From Blastocatellia bacterium (lineage in GTDB: Bacteria > Acidobacteriota > Blastocatellia > RBC074): a stretch of 64,000 nt of DNA. Below the pieces are notes generated by a model. That model made no database searches. It had not been told where the DNA came from and saw only the letters and a program-made list of their open reading frames with translations. Shown piece after piece: positions 20,092 to 28,583 of this stretch. The stretch lies in the NCBI GenBank assembly GCA_043783625.1, contig JAYVZE010000179.1, positions 527 to 64,526 of the forward strand. Direction: 5' to 3'. Numbering within the stretch: position 1 is the first letter of the stretch; each line of letters starts with the position of its first letter. Position numbers and translations under genes: made by a program.

Positions 20092-21330
20092 ATGGCTGCA
20101 TCTATCCTCCCCATTGCGAATGACCAATATCGGACTGATTCGGTCAGCTCCTTGATGCGTAACGAGGCGGTTTTACAAACCTTCAGTTTTATCAAAATTT
20201 CAGCGTCCGAATTTACCGATGAGCAAATTCGGATTTGTGAAATCCCCGCTCCTCCGTTTCAGGAAGAACTGCGTGGACAATACATCGCGTCTCGTTTTCG
20301 TGAGCTTGGATTATCCGATGTTCACACTGATACCGAAGGCAATGTGATCGGCTTTTATCACGGCGACATCGAAGGACAATTAGTGGTGGTTTCTGCCCAT
20401 CTGGACACCGTTTTTCCTGCCGAGACTGATTTTAAAGTTAAGAGATTCTCCAATAAAATTCTGGCTCCGGGGATCGGTGATAATGCTTCAGGCTTAGCCG
20501 CGATGATCGCCATGATCCGGTTATTGAATGTCGGAAATTTCAAGCTGCGGGGATCAATTGCTTTTGTGGCGACAGTGGGCGAAGAAGGCGAAGGCGATTT
20601 GCGCGGCGCGAAGCATTTATTTTACACCGGAACGCTCAGCGGAAAAATCTCGCAGTTCATTTCGTTTGACGGCCCGGGCAATGATTTTATTACGCATCAG
20701 GCATTGGGTTCGCGGCGGTATCGCATTGCCTTTGAAGGCCCCGGCGGCCACAGTTGGACAGATTTTGGAACCGTGAATCCTGCCCATGCCATCGGACGTG
20801 CGATTGCCCGACTCGCCGAATTTCCAGTCCCGCAGAATCCGCGTACGACTTACAATGTCGGTCGAATTGAAGGCGGAACTTCGGTGAATGTGATTCCCGA
20901 ACGCGCCAGCTTTGACGTAGACATTCGCTCCACCGATGAATATGAATTATCGCGCGTCGAAGACTTTCTGCTCTCTTCGGTCAATCAGGCGATGCGCTCA
21001 GAAAATTCTTTGCGAGCCGGTGCGCATCACAGCTTGAGGCTGGATGTGAACCTGATCGGACATCGCCCGTCAGGTGAAACCTCCGAGCATACGCCACTCG
21101 TGCAAACAGCTATCGAAGCGACCAAAGCCGTCGGCGTTCAGCCCTGGCTGAATTGCGCTTCGACGGACGCGAATATTCCCATCAGCCTCGGCATTCAAGC
21201 CATCACCATCGGAGCCGGAGGCAAAGGCGGCGACGCCCATCGCCTGACCGAATGGTATGAGCCAACCGGCAGAGACCTCGGTTATCAGCGAGCCTTATTG
21301 TTGATTTTGGCGACGGCGGGATTGCGGTAG
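20092..21330 (+). CDS. M20 family metallopeptidase (peptidase T/ArgE-like)
   Basis: HLDTV and GIGDNASG, GEEGEGDL metal-binding motifs. 412 aa. Confidence 0.7.
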   Translation: MAASILPIANDQYRTDSVSSLMRNEAVLQTFSFIKISASEFTDEQIRICEIPAPPFQEELRGQYIASRFRELGLSDVHTDTEGNVIGFYHGDIEGQLVVVSAHLDTVFPAETDFKVKRFSNKILAPGIGDNASGLAAMIAMIRLLNVGNFKLRGSIAFVATVGEEGEGDLRGAKHLFYTGTLSGKISQFISFDGPGNDFITHQALGSRRYRIAFEGPGGHSWTDFGTVNPAHAIGRAIARLAEFPVPQNPRTTYNVGRIEGGTSVNVIPERASFDVDIRSTDEYELSRVEDFLLSSVNQAMRSENSLRAGAHHSLRLDVNLIGHRPSGETSEHTPLVQTAIEATKAVGVQPWLNCASTDANIPISLGIQAITIGAGGKGGDAHRLTEWYEPTGRDLGYQRALLLILATAGLR

Positions 21331-21349
21331 GCGATAGGTGTCCGTCAAT

Positions 21350-21798
21350 TTAGTCTTCGAAAGTTTCGATAGGTGGATGTTTTTGTGCGGCGTAAAGCAC
21401 CTCGCGCAAATTGATTACTTCAGAGCGATTCATTTGTAACGCTTCGACGGTTGCCCTTCCCGTGGCTGTTAATCCGACAATCAAACTTGCGTCTTCATTC
21501 CACGCAAAATGGTCATCCCAGTTTTGTAGACGCGGATGAAATGATGAAATAATGAAGTGATTTTGTTTGTAATCGCATCTGGCGCGAATTCTTTAGTGTA
21601 TTTATGCCCGTTACAACCCTGACATGCAAAAGCAAGATTTTCGGCTGTGGTGGAACCACCGGCAATGCGCGGCTTGATATGTTCGACTGAAAATGGTTGC
21701 GGAGAAAAACGGGCTTGGCTGCGACAATATTCGCAAACTTTTCAGGCGCGTAACTGCACCAGCCGTCGCAATCCAGCCGGAATATATTTGTTAGACAT
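21350..21798 (-). pseudogene. HNH endonuclease gene disrupted by two frameshifts
   Basis: The minus strand reads MSNKYIPAGLRRLVQLRA then stop. A shifted frame gives CEYCRSQARFSPQPFSVEHIKPRIAGGSTTAENLAFACQGCNGHKYTKEF, an HNH motif. A third frame gives AWNEDASLIVGLTATGRATVEALQMNRSEVINLREVL. No intact ORF of 60 aa or more is present here. Confidence 0.6.
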
Positions 21799-21803
21799 GA
21801 TGA

Positions 21804-22199
21804 TTACGCGTAGTCAGGGAATTCAATCCCTAATTGTTCCATCACCACTGTCAACGTGACGCCACGCAATTGAGCTAATTGAGCTAGTGATTTCATCCGT
21901 TTGACATGTAAGGCTTCAAGACGTTGCTGCAAGATCAACAATTCCTGATATTCATCAGCGGTGAGCGTTTCTTCTGTTCGCTTTTCACCTAATTCTACGA
22001 GCCTCTTTCGTTCTACTTGAGATAATGATTGATTGATCGTAGCAAAGAGTGCCGATTCGTCAGCCTTGAGTATTGGCGCATGGCGACGCGCACGAAAGGC
22101 TGTCACTTCATCAGCGAAACGATCTAGTTCCGCGAGGCTTAATTGCTCAATGACTTGCGAGAGCTGTGGATTTGAGATTTGCTGAATATTTTGCGCCAT
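21804..22199 (-). CDS. Hypothetical coiled-coil protein downstream of rtcB
   Basis: 131 aa, no recognisable motif. It occupies the position where rtcA often sits. Confidence 0.4.
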   Translation of the reverse strand: MAQNIQQISNPQLSQVIEQLSLAELDRFADEVTAFRARRHAPILKADESALFATINQSLSQVERKRLVELGEKRTEETLTADEYQELLILQQRLEALHVKRMKSLAQLAQLRGVTLTVVMEQLGIEFPDYA

Positions 22200-22301
22200 A
22201 AGAAGTTTCTCCTTATCGCTGGCATGCTCTCATGCACAGGGAGCACAAATCAATAACGTTTCAAAAACAATGACGAATTTGATTGATCCGCGCTGATTCT
22301 T

Positions 22302-23531
22302 TTATCCCTTCACACACACCACCTGCTTCAACGTATGCGCAATTTCCACCAAATCATGTTGCGCATTCATCACCGCTTCGATGTCTTTGTACGCCGCCGG
22401 AGTTTCGTCAATCACGTCTTCGTCCTTTCGGCATTCAACGCCTTCGGTAGCTTTCGCGTGATCCGCTGTAGTGAATCTGCGCTTGGCTTCGTTGCGCGAC
22501 ATCGCACGACCTGCGCCGTGGCTGCACGAATTGAAGCTTTCGGGATTTCCAAGTCCGCGCACGATGTATGAACGTGCGCCCATCGAACCGGGAATAATCC
22601 CGTAATCGCCGAGCGCGGCACGTACTGCGCCTTTGCGCGTCACCAGCACTTCTTCGCCGTAATGCGTTTCGCGGGCGACGTAGTTGTGATGGCAATTGAC
22701 GACTTGCAATTCGGCTTTGAATGGCTTCACTTCGCCGCTGTCCGTGATGGCGTCAATTAATTGTTCCATCATCAGCTTGCGGTTGTACATCGCAAAATCC
22801 TGCGCCCAACTGACGGCGTGAACGTAATCATCGAAATGCTCCGTGCCTTCGTTGAAGTACGCGAGGTCTTTGTCAGGCAAATTCGCAATATGATTTCGCA
22901 TATCGTTTTTCGCCATTTCAATGAAGAACGTGCCGATGCGATTGCCTACGCCGCGTGATCCGCTGTGCAACATGAACCAGACTTTATCGGATTCATCGAG
23001 GCAGACTTCAATAAAATGATTTCCACTACCAAGCGTACCCAGGTGATTGATCGTATTGCCACGATCCAGCTTCGGAAATTTTTCGCAAATTTCTCTGTAG
23101 CCAATTTCCAACTGCGCCCATACACCTTTTTGACGTTTCGGGATTTCTCCCCATCCGCCCTTATCGCGCCGTCCACCGTGATCGGTACGCCCGTGCGGAA
23201 TCGCTTGTTCAATCGCCTTACGAATCTTGCGGAGGTTGTCCGGCAAATCATTTGCGGTCAATGAAGTCTGTATTGCGGCGAGTCCACAGCCAATATCAAC
23301 ACCAACAGAAGCTGGGATAATCGCAGCCTTCGTTGCAATCACGCTGCCGATAGTGGCTCCAATTCCGAGATGTACGTCTGGCATTGCGGCTACCCATTTG
23401 AAAACAATCGGTAGCTTGGCGATATTTTGCAGTTGACGTTTTGCTTCATCTTCCATCTTGACGCCTTTTGTCCAGGCTTTGATGGGAACGCTGTTGGTTG
23501 TTTCGATGAGGTTGTATGTTGTGTTTGCCAT
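22302..23531 (-). CDS. rtcB: RNA-splicing ligase RtcB (3'-phosphate/5'-hydroxyl RNA ligase)
   Basis: 409 aa. MPDVHLGIGATIGSV, GVDIGCG and NSCSHGAGR motifs. Normal length, no intein. Confidence 0.9.
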   Translation of the reverse strand: MANTTYNLIETTNSVPIKAWTKGVKMEDEAKRQLQNIAKLPIVFKWVAAMPDVHLGIGATIGSVIATKAAIIPASVGVDIGCGLAAIQTSLTANDLPDNLRKIRKAIEQAIPHGRTDHGGRRDKGGWGEIPKRQKGVWAQLEIGYREICEKFPKLDRGNTINHLGTLGSGNHFIEVCLDESDKVWFMLHSGSRGVGNRIGTFFIEMAKNDMRNHIANLPDKDLAYFNEGTEHFDDYVHAVSWAQDFAMYNRKLMMEQLIDAITDSGEVKPFKAELQVVNCHHNYVARETHYGEEVLVTRKGAVRAALGDYGIIPGSMGARSYIVRGLGNPESFNSCSHGAGRAMSRNEAKRRFTTADHAKATEGVECRKDEDVIDETPAAYKDIEAVMNAQHDLVEIAHTLKQVVCVKG

Positions 23532-23547
23532 ATTTTTGTACTTCTAG

Positions 23548-24321
23548 CTAACCATTCCGTAGCCGCCATAATCTCAGGCTGATACTTTTTTCGCTACGAC
23601 CAAGCACTGTCATTGATTCCTTGATTAAATGACTAAGAATGAACGAGTCTTCTTCAGAAGACCAAAATTTTCGATTATCAATTTTTTTCATTGAATGAGG
23701 TCTGACCCATTCAGTCACTTGTCTGGCTTTCTCAATTTTTCGAGGTAATCCAAGACACCCTTTGTAATACATTGACGCCGTGAGAACTTGAGCATCTTCT
23801 TTGTAAACAGCTACGTTATAGACACCATCTCTAATGTTCCTTGAAGTGGTTTTTAATTTGCCCGTAACTTCTTCAATAAAACTGATGAAGCCTTTAGCCA
23901 GTGCCGTGCTATCGGTTGTGAGTGATAAGAACGGAAATCCATTTGCAGTTAAGCCCAAAGCACCATCTGCATCAATTATCCCACGATAATAATCAAGCTT
24001 AGAGAAGTTAACTTGTGGTGGAGCGATTACACTGGACTTTTGCCCTTCTGGCATTCCAAGCGCAATAAGCTGTTGGCGAAACTCAAAGCTATAAACTGTC
24101 CATTGTGCTGACTTATAAGCATCCTTAAAGTTCGTCTTTCTCGTTCGCTCCGTGACGGATGAGAAATAAGGAATCAGCTCTGCAAACTTTTCTAGGAGAC
24201 ATTTATCCTGCCAGCCAAGTTCAATTGCTAACGATCCTTTCTGTCCTTTGATTCGACGTAAGTGACCATCGGCTTGGATAAAGCCGAAAAGATACGCATA
24301 TTGAGGGCTGCTCAAGTTCAT
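23548..24321 (-). CDS. Free-standing double-motif LAGLIDADG homing endonuclease
   Basis: Two LAGLIDADG motifs, YLFGFIQADGHL and YYRGIIDADGAL. 257 aa. Stop lies 16 nt upstream of the rtcB start. Confidence 0.8.
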   Translation of the reverse strand: MNLSSPQYAYLFGFIQADGHLRRIKGQKGSLAIELGWQDKCLLEKFAELIPYFSSVTERTRKTNFKDAYKSAQWTVYSFEFRQQLIALGMPEGQKSSVIAPPQVNFSKLDYYRGIIDADGALGLTANGFPFLSLTTDSTALAKGFISFIEEVTGKLKTTSRNIRDGVYNVAVYKEDAQVLTASMYYKGCLGLPRKIEKARQVTEWVRPHSMKKIDNRKFWSSEEDSFILSHLIKESMTVLGRSEKSISLRLWRLRNG

Positions 24322-24364
24322 GTGATTTATTTAGAAATCGGAAGCGCGACAGGGCTGCGAGAAA

Positions 24365-25294
24365 TCATAATATTTCTGCCGTATAGTCTTCGTCAATTTC
24401 TTCTGCAATCTCTCTGAGGTCATCAATATGCTTTTTTATGAAGAATATGAAAATCTCTGCGTCTTCGTTATTGAGCTTCGATGTACTCGGTGATGAGAAA
24501 TATTCCTTTAGCGCGTTAAGCGGATACAAAATACGGCGAACCTCATATTCAACGGTATCATGAGCCTCAAGTATCCCTCGCCTAGTCATCTCATCTCTGA
24601 ACTTTGTTAGTACATTAGAAATAAGCTCAACGTGCATTCCTCCATATTCTGTGAGTGTATCCTTCCCAATACTTTCATAAATTTTCTCGAAGTAGTAACC
24701 CAAGGTTTGCGGGAAAATATGAGCGAGCTTCACTTCTCTATATGTTTGACGGTGTTCCATTTCCTCTTCCTTTAGTTTCTCTATTACATTCTTGAGTGTC
24801 GCGTTTAAGATTTCAGTTTGAGATTTAATCAACTCCAGCACGTCAACCGTAATATACTTGTTAGTGCCATCTGAATAATTGGTCATCAAGTCGAATGTTG
24901 TGTGACTCATGGAAATCCTAGATATGAAATTAAAGGATTTGTCCTTGCCTCGTTTTGTCGGATGCCCAACAGAATTATTTCTGATTTCTCGAATCTCATT
25001 TAGTTTTTCATCTGGCGTATACGGAATAGTTAACGCTTCAGCAAGATGCTCGACGGCATCTTGCTGAACGAACAAAACTTGGAGGATACCGTAAAGGATC
25101 AAGTACTTTTTGCCATGATCGTCAGGTTCTTCACTCTCTTCATACGCTCTTACAGCAAGTGTCGTATCGCCAATTACATCAAGCGAGCTGCACAACTTAC
25201 TCCATCTAGCTGTATTTTGTAGCAGTATGTGCTGTTTTCTTGGGTTATTAATCAAATCGCGTATTTGCGACTCTAATTCATGCGTATTACTCAT
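24365..25294 (-). CDS. Uncharacterised protein with an HEPN-like Rx5H motif (possible RNase/Abi-like effector)
   Basis: 309 aa. REIRNNSVGHPT fits R-x(4-6)-H. Sits between the Y-RNA region and the LAGLIDADG/rtcB genes on the same strand. Confidence 0.4.
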   Translation of the reverse strand: MSNTHELESQIRDLINNPRKQHILLQNTARWSKLCSSLDVIGDTTLAVRAYEESEEPDDHGKKYLILYGILQVLFVQQDAVEHLAEALTIPYTPDEKLNEIREIRNNSVGHPTKRGKDKSFNFISRISMSHTTFDLMTNYSDGTNKYITVDVLELIKSQTEILNATLKNVIEKLKEEEMEHRQTYREVKLAHIFPQTLGYYFEKIYESIGKDTLTEYGGMHVELISNVLTKFRDEMTRRGILEAHDTVEYEVRRILYPLNALKEYFSSPSTSKLNNEDAEIFIFFIKKHIDDLREIAEEIDEDYTAEIL

Positions 25295-25794
25295 AAATAA
25301 TTTTATTAGACTCGAACCGACAACCGTCTTGCGACGTACAGATAGTTTGGAAAACGCGATTCCCTTGCTTGTTTTTCCCCGCCTGAAAAATCAGGCCGCT
25401 ATAGGTTCTGCCTCAACCTCTATCCGTGACCGCCACACAATCGTTTTTGGTGCGCCTCTTCCTTTTCGGCGACGCGAGCGTATTGTCATCGTTTTAGATA
25501 ATTCATCAATCTTTTTTTCAAACGGCAGGCATTCAGCCTCCCTTGTTTTCAAGCCCCGAAGTGGGCGAGATACAATAGCCCAGGGCATCGCCCTGGGTGA
25601 ATGATACCGTGAGCCACAAGCCCTGCAAGGGCGAGATACCAATCAATTATTTCGCCCATTCAGGGCTTGCAAAATATTTATTGTGCTTCCCAGGGCGATG
25701 CCCTGGGCTATTGCATCCCGCTCTTTCAGAGCTTTAAGGCGACACTTCTACGCAATGAAAATATTTCAATCATTCCCTAAAAATAATGGTCGCG

Positions 25795-26017
25795 CTGTGA
25801 TCCGTCGTAACGTCCGGCGCGCAGGCAACAGTTTTTGAAACCGACGATTCGAACCGCAGGGACAAGGATCATTACGACCGAGTTTTTCGAGTAGCTCTTT
25901 GTCGCCGTGAACGATGCGGATGCCGCGTTTGACGTTGGTTTCAGAAGGGAATCCCCGTCTGCGTTTGCTGGTTCGTTCGCTGAAAAAAGGATTCGTCGAA
26001 ATTAGTTATTCTTGCCA
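25795..26017 (-). pseudogene. Small SEC-C metal-binding motif ORF, apparently frameshifted
   Basis: One frame gives [16 protein letters not shown] +1 shift continues [10 protein letters not shown]. Together these match the SecA C-terminal motif [19 protein letters not shown]. The ATG at 26017 opens a third frame that stops after 25 codons. Confidence 0.35.
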
Positions 26018-26100
26018 TATCAACCTCAATTTTTTGTGTGTCGCGCAGAACGAACTATATTCAGAGTTCGCGCTCTTGCGTGTTTCATTTGTAGCGTGAA

Positions 26101-26123
26101 GTAAAACCACGCTGAAGCGTGAA
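26101..26123 (-). terminator. Intrinsic terminator/attenuator after the Y-RNA region
   Basis: Minus-sense TTCACGCTTCAGCGTGGTTTTAC: a CACGC/GCGTG stem followed by a T-run. Confidence 0.45.
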
Positions 26124-26195
26124 CTCCGAACGCCTGATTTTCAAAGAATTCAATTAACACGGCGACAAGGATTTGAGAAACGTTTTTTGAGCTAT

Positions 26196-26267
26196 TGCTG
26201 TTACCAGCAAGCGGAAATTGAATCCGCAACCTTCCGTATCGCTACGGACGCTCTACCATGTAGTTCC
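26196..26267 (-). ncRNA. tRNA-like 3' module (D-loop-like, anticodon-like stem, T-arm, acceptor-like hairpin closed by GTAA)
   Basis: Minus-sense GGAACTACATGGTAGAGCGTCCGTAGCGATACGGAAGGTTGCGGATTCAATTTCCGCTTGCTGGTAACAGCAA. T-arm GCGGA-TTCAATT-TCCGC. Acceptor-like stem TTGCTG-GTAA-CAGCAA. Confidence 0.5.
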
Positions 26268-26388
26268 TCTGGCATTCGCCGATGGATGAGTTTCGAGTTT
26301 TGGGTTTTGAGTTTCGCGGTACATTCCTCGAAACCTAAAACTTGAAACTCGAAACAAATTTAATGACGACAAGTGAGTGTGAAACGTT

Positions 26389-26452
26389 GTTGTTGCTCTA
26401 TCTCCTGAGCTACTGCGCTTTCACGCAGGCAGGGATTCGCACCCTGCGACCC
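26389..26452 (-). ncRNA. Y-RNA (YrlA-like) tRNA-mimic module 2: circularly permuted T-arm/acceptor/D-arm
   Basis: Minus-sense GGGTCGCAGGGTGCGAATCCCTGCCTGCGTGAAAGCGCAGTAGCTCAGGAGATAGAGC. T-arm, then acceptor stem CTGCGT/GCGCAG closed by a GAAA loop, then D-arm GCTC-AGGAGATA-GAGC. Flanked by long GTTTCGAG-unit hairpins. Confidence 0.6.
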
Positions 26453-26589
26453 ACAAGTTAGATGTAGTTCCACTAGCATTCGTCACTAAGATAGTTTCGA
26501 GTTTCGAGTTTTGGGTTTCGAGGTGCTCTCCCCGAAACGCAAAACTCGAAACTAAATTTTTACGACGACAAGAAGTGATGAAACGTTTT

Positions 26590-26655
26590 CGCGCTCTACT
26601 ACTGAGCTACTGCCCCATAAGTTTGGTGGAGCAGGCGGGATTCGCACCCGCGACC
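26590..26655 (-). ncRNA. Y-RNA (YrlA-like) tRNA-mimic module 1: circularly permuted T-arm/acceptor/D-arm
   Basis: Minus-sense GGTCGCGGGTGCGAATCCCGCCTGCTCCACCAAACTTATGGGGCAGTAGCTCAGTAGTAGAGC. 3' acceptor strand CTGCTCC-A-CCA pairs with the downstream GGGGCAG (G3-U wobble). D-arm GCTC-AGTAGTA-GAGC follows. Confidence 0.6.
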
Positions 26656-26761
26656 TAGTCATTGAAAGATGTAGTTCCATCGGGCATTCGTCGTAAGTTA
26701 GTTAAAAGTGATGAGCAATGAGTGATGAGTTTTTTCTCAAAACTCGGAGCTATTTTTTATG

Positions 26762-26827
26762 GCGACAAAATCGGTGAGAGTTCTCCCCCGTAAATGGAGG
26801 AGGCGGGGGTCGAACCCGCTATAACCA
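26762..26827 (-). ncRNA. Y-RNA-like tRNA-mimic module 0: T-arm plus a loop-closed acceptor stem, degenerate D-arm
   Basis: Minus-sense GCGGGTTCGACCCCCGC CTCCTCC A TTTAC GGGGGAG. The acceptor strands pair (G3-U) across a 6-nt loop. Confidence 0.45.
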
Positions 26828-26942
26828 ATGTACTCCCAACCAGCATTCGCCAGGATGTAAAGTCTATCGAGTCTGTTGAGTCCATAGAGTCTGGCGAGTC
26901 ACTTGTCGTGACGACTCCAAAGACTCTACGGACTCTAAGACT

Positions 26943-28496
26943 TCATAGACTCACATTTTCAATCACGCCGATCCAATGATCTGCGCCGATTTTTCCGCTG
27001 GCGAATTCGGCAATGACTTCAAAAACCTGATCGGAAAATCCGCCAATGTTCATGATGTCGGTGCTTTCTTTCGCCTGCGTAGTTCCGTACGGTTGAATGT
27101 CAATGCATACCATTTTGGCGTTAGCATTACGCGCTTTGAACTGCTTCCATTCTTCCATCGTCTGCGTTGCGCCGTAGCGTTTTGAATCTACCCACGATTC
27201 GTTATCCGAAACGTAGATGATTAAATCTCCGCTGGCTTTGCGTTTGTTCAGTGCTGCCAACGGTGCGCTGCAATTGGTTCCACCTGAAGGCAGGTTCGCC
27301 AATTTCTGTGCATTCGTCATCACACTGTCACGCGGATTCAACGTAGCTTTCACCACTTCGTCCGAGAACGGAATGACTTCAGCATTTGGATTTTTGCGCA
27401 GGATCGCAGCAGCTACGAGAGCAGCTACGTCAATGCAACGAACCTTGCTGGTTGCGCCTTTGCGATGACCAGTCACGGGGGATTGCATCGAGCCTGACAC
27501 GTCAGGGCAAACATAAATTTTGCCGTTGAATTCAGGCACGTTGCTGATGGAAATTTCCATCGCATCCTGCAATGCTTCACGCACGACAGCAGGAACGTCT
27601 TCACTGGCGTTTGTGTACGCCGTCATTAACTGATACGGGAACACGCGAGCTTTTTTAATGGCGTGAGAATCACGTAAGCGATTCGCAATCAATTCAGGCA
27701 TTCCGTCCTGCGAGAAAACGTCGTGACGCAGAAACGTATTCAGATTCATGCGCGTCATTTGCCACGGTGCGGTTCGCGCAATTGCAGCCCATTCGTATTT
27801 GCTGAGTTCAAGCGAAGTCAACATTTGGAATGGCACATTCGGAATTTCCGCACGATCCCCCTGTTTGAATTTTTCGTAAGTTTTCACCAGCGCAGGCAAT
27901 TCGTCAGCGTTGATGTCGCGTCCGATGAAATATCCAAATAATGCCTCACGGCTTTTGCTGTTGGGCGTTGGATGAATCATCTTCACAATGTCAGCGAACG
28001 AAGGCGCAGCTCCGATGGAAGCTTTGAAAACAGCTTCGTCATCGCGTGAAGCGAACCATTCGCGGATCAAACGTTTTGGTGCAGAGCCGAGCGATTTACG
28101 ACCAACCACACCAGAGCGCAAAATTTGCACAAAGGTGCGCAGCATTTTCCCGCTATCAATGACACGTGGAAAAATTGCTTCGAGTAACTTCACGTCACGC
28201 ATGGCGAGGATGGCGCACAGCAACGCGGGCATATCTTTCATGAAGCCGCGCTGACGCGCAAAAATTGCCGTTTGCGCAATGAATTTCGGTTCAAGTTCCT
28301 GACAAAGCGCAATCACTTTGGCAAGCTGTTCTTCGGCCTCGGCGTAAAAAGTCGAATTCAAACACCCGGTCGCAGCGTACTGCGCGAGCATCTGTTTGGG
28401 CGTGAAGGTGTATGCCTGACCGCACGCTTCGTTGACAGTATCGGTTTTCGGCAGTAACTTACCGATGATTGAAGTAAACAAATTCTTGTTTGCCAT
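26943..28496 (-). CDS. rsr: Ro60-related protein Rsr (TROVE domain plus C-terminal vWA with MIDAS)
   Basis: 517 aa. C-terminal vWA with MIDAS DxSxS (VCPDVSGSM). Helical TROVE-size N-terminal region. Located next to tRNA-like Y-RNA modules, rtcB and rtcR. Confidence 0.7.
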   Translation of the reverse strand: MANKNLFTSIIGKLLPKTDTVNEACGQAYTFTPKQMLAQYAATGCLNSTFYAEAEEQLAKVIALCQELEPKFIAQTAIFARQRGFMKDMPALLCAILAMRDVKLLEAIFPRVIDSGKMLRTFVQILRSGVVGRKSLGSAPKRLIREWFASRDDEAVFKASIGAAPSFADIVKMIHPTPNSKSREALFGYFIGRDINADELPALVKTYEKFKQGDRAEIPNVPFQMLTSLELSKYEWAAIARTAPWQMTRMNLNTFLRHDVFSQDGMPELIANRLRDSHAIKKARVFPYQLMTAYTNASEDVPAVVREALQDAMEISISNVPEFNGKIYVCPDVSGSMQSPVTGHRKGATSKVRCIDVAALVAAAILRKNPNAEVIPFSDEVVKATLNPRDSVMTNAQKLANLPSGGTNCSAPLAALNKRKASGDLIIYVSDNESWVDSKRYGATQTMEEWKQFKARNANAKMVCIDIQPYGTTQAKESTDIMNIGGFSDQVFEVIAEFASGKIGADHWIGVIENVSL

Positions 28497-28583
28497 AACG
28501 TGTAAATCTCCTCTTCGGACAATATTTGCCAGGACAATTTTTTAAGGAATTTCCCGGCTTGTTCATTCCGACGCTGTTAGTAA

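Noticed and set aside
21647-21859. 70-aa plus-strand ORF
   Set aside because: It lies antisense to the frameshifted HNH gene remnants and is not supported by motifs.
22302-24321. Intein inside RtcB
   Set aside because: RtcB is 409 aa with a normal N-terminus and an uninterrupted catalytic motif. The LAGLIDADG protein is a separate ORF with its own stop 16 nt upstream and has no Hint splicing blocks.
25300-26940. Cluster of canonical tRNA genes or decayed att-site scars
   Set aside because: T-arm/acceptor segments precede their matching acceptor/D-arm segments by only 5-8 nt, a permuted order. No canonical cloverleaf can be assembled. This arrangement, plus the adjacency to rsr, fits Y-RNA tRNA mimics better than tRNAs or integration remnants.
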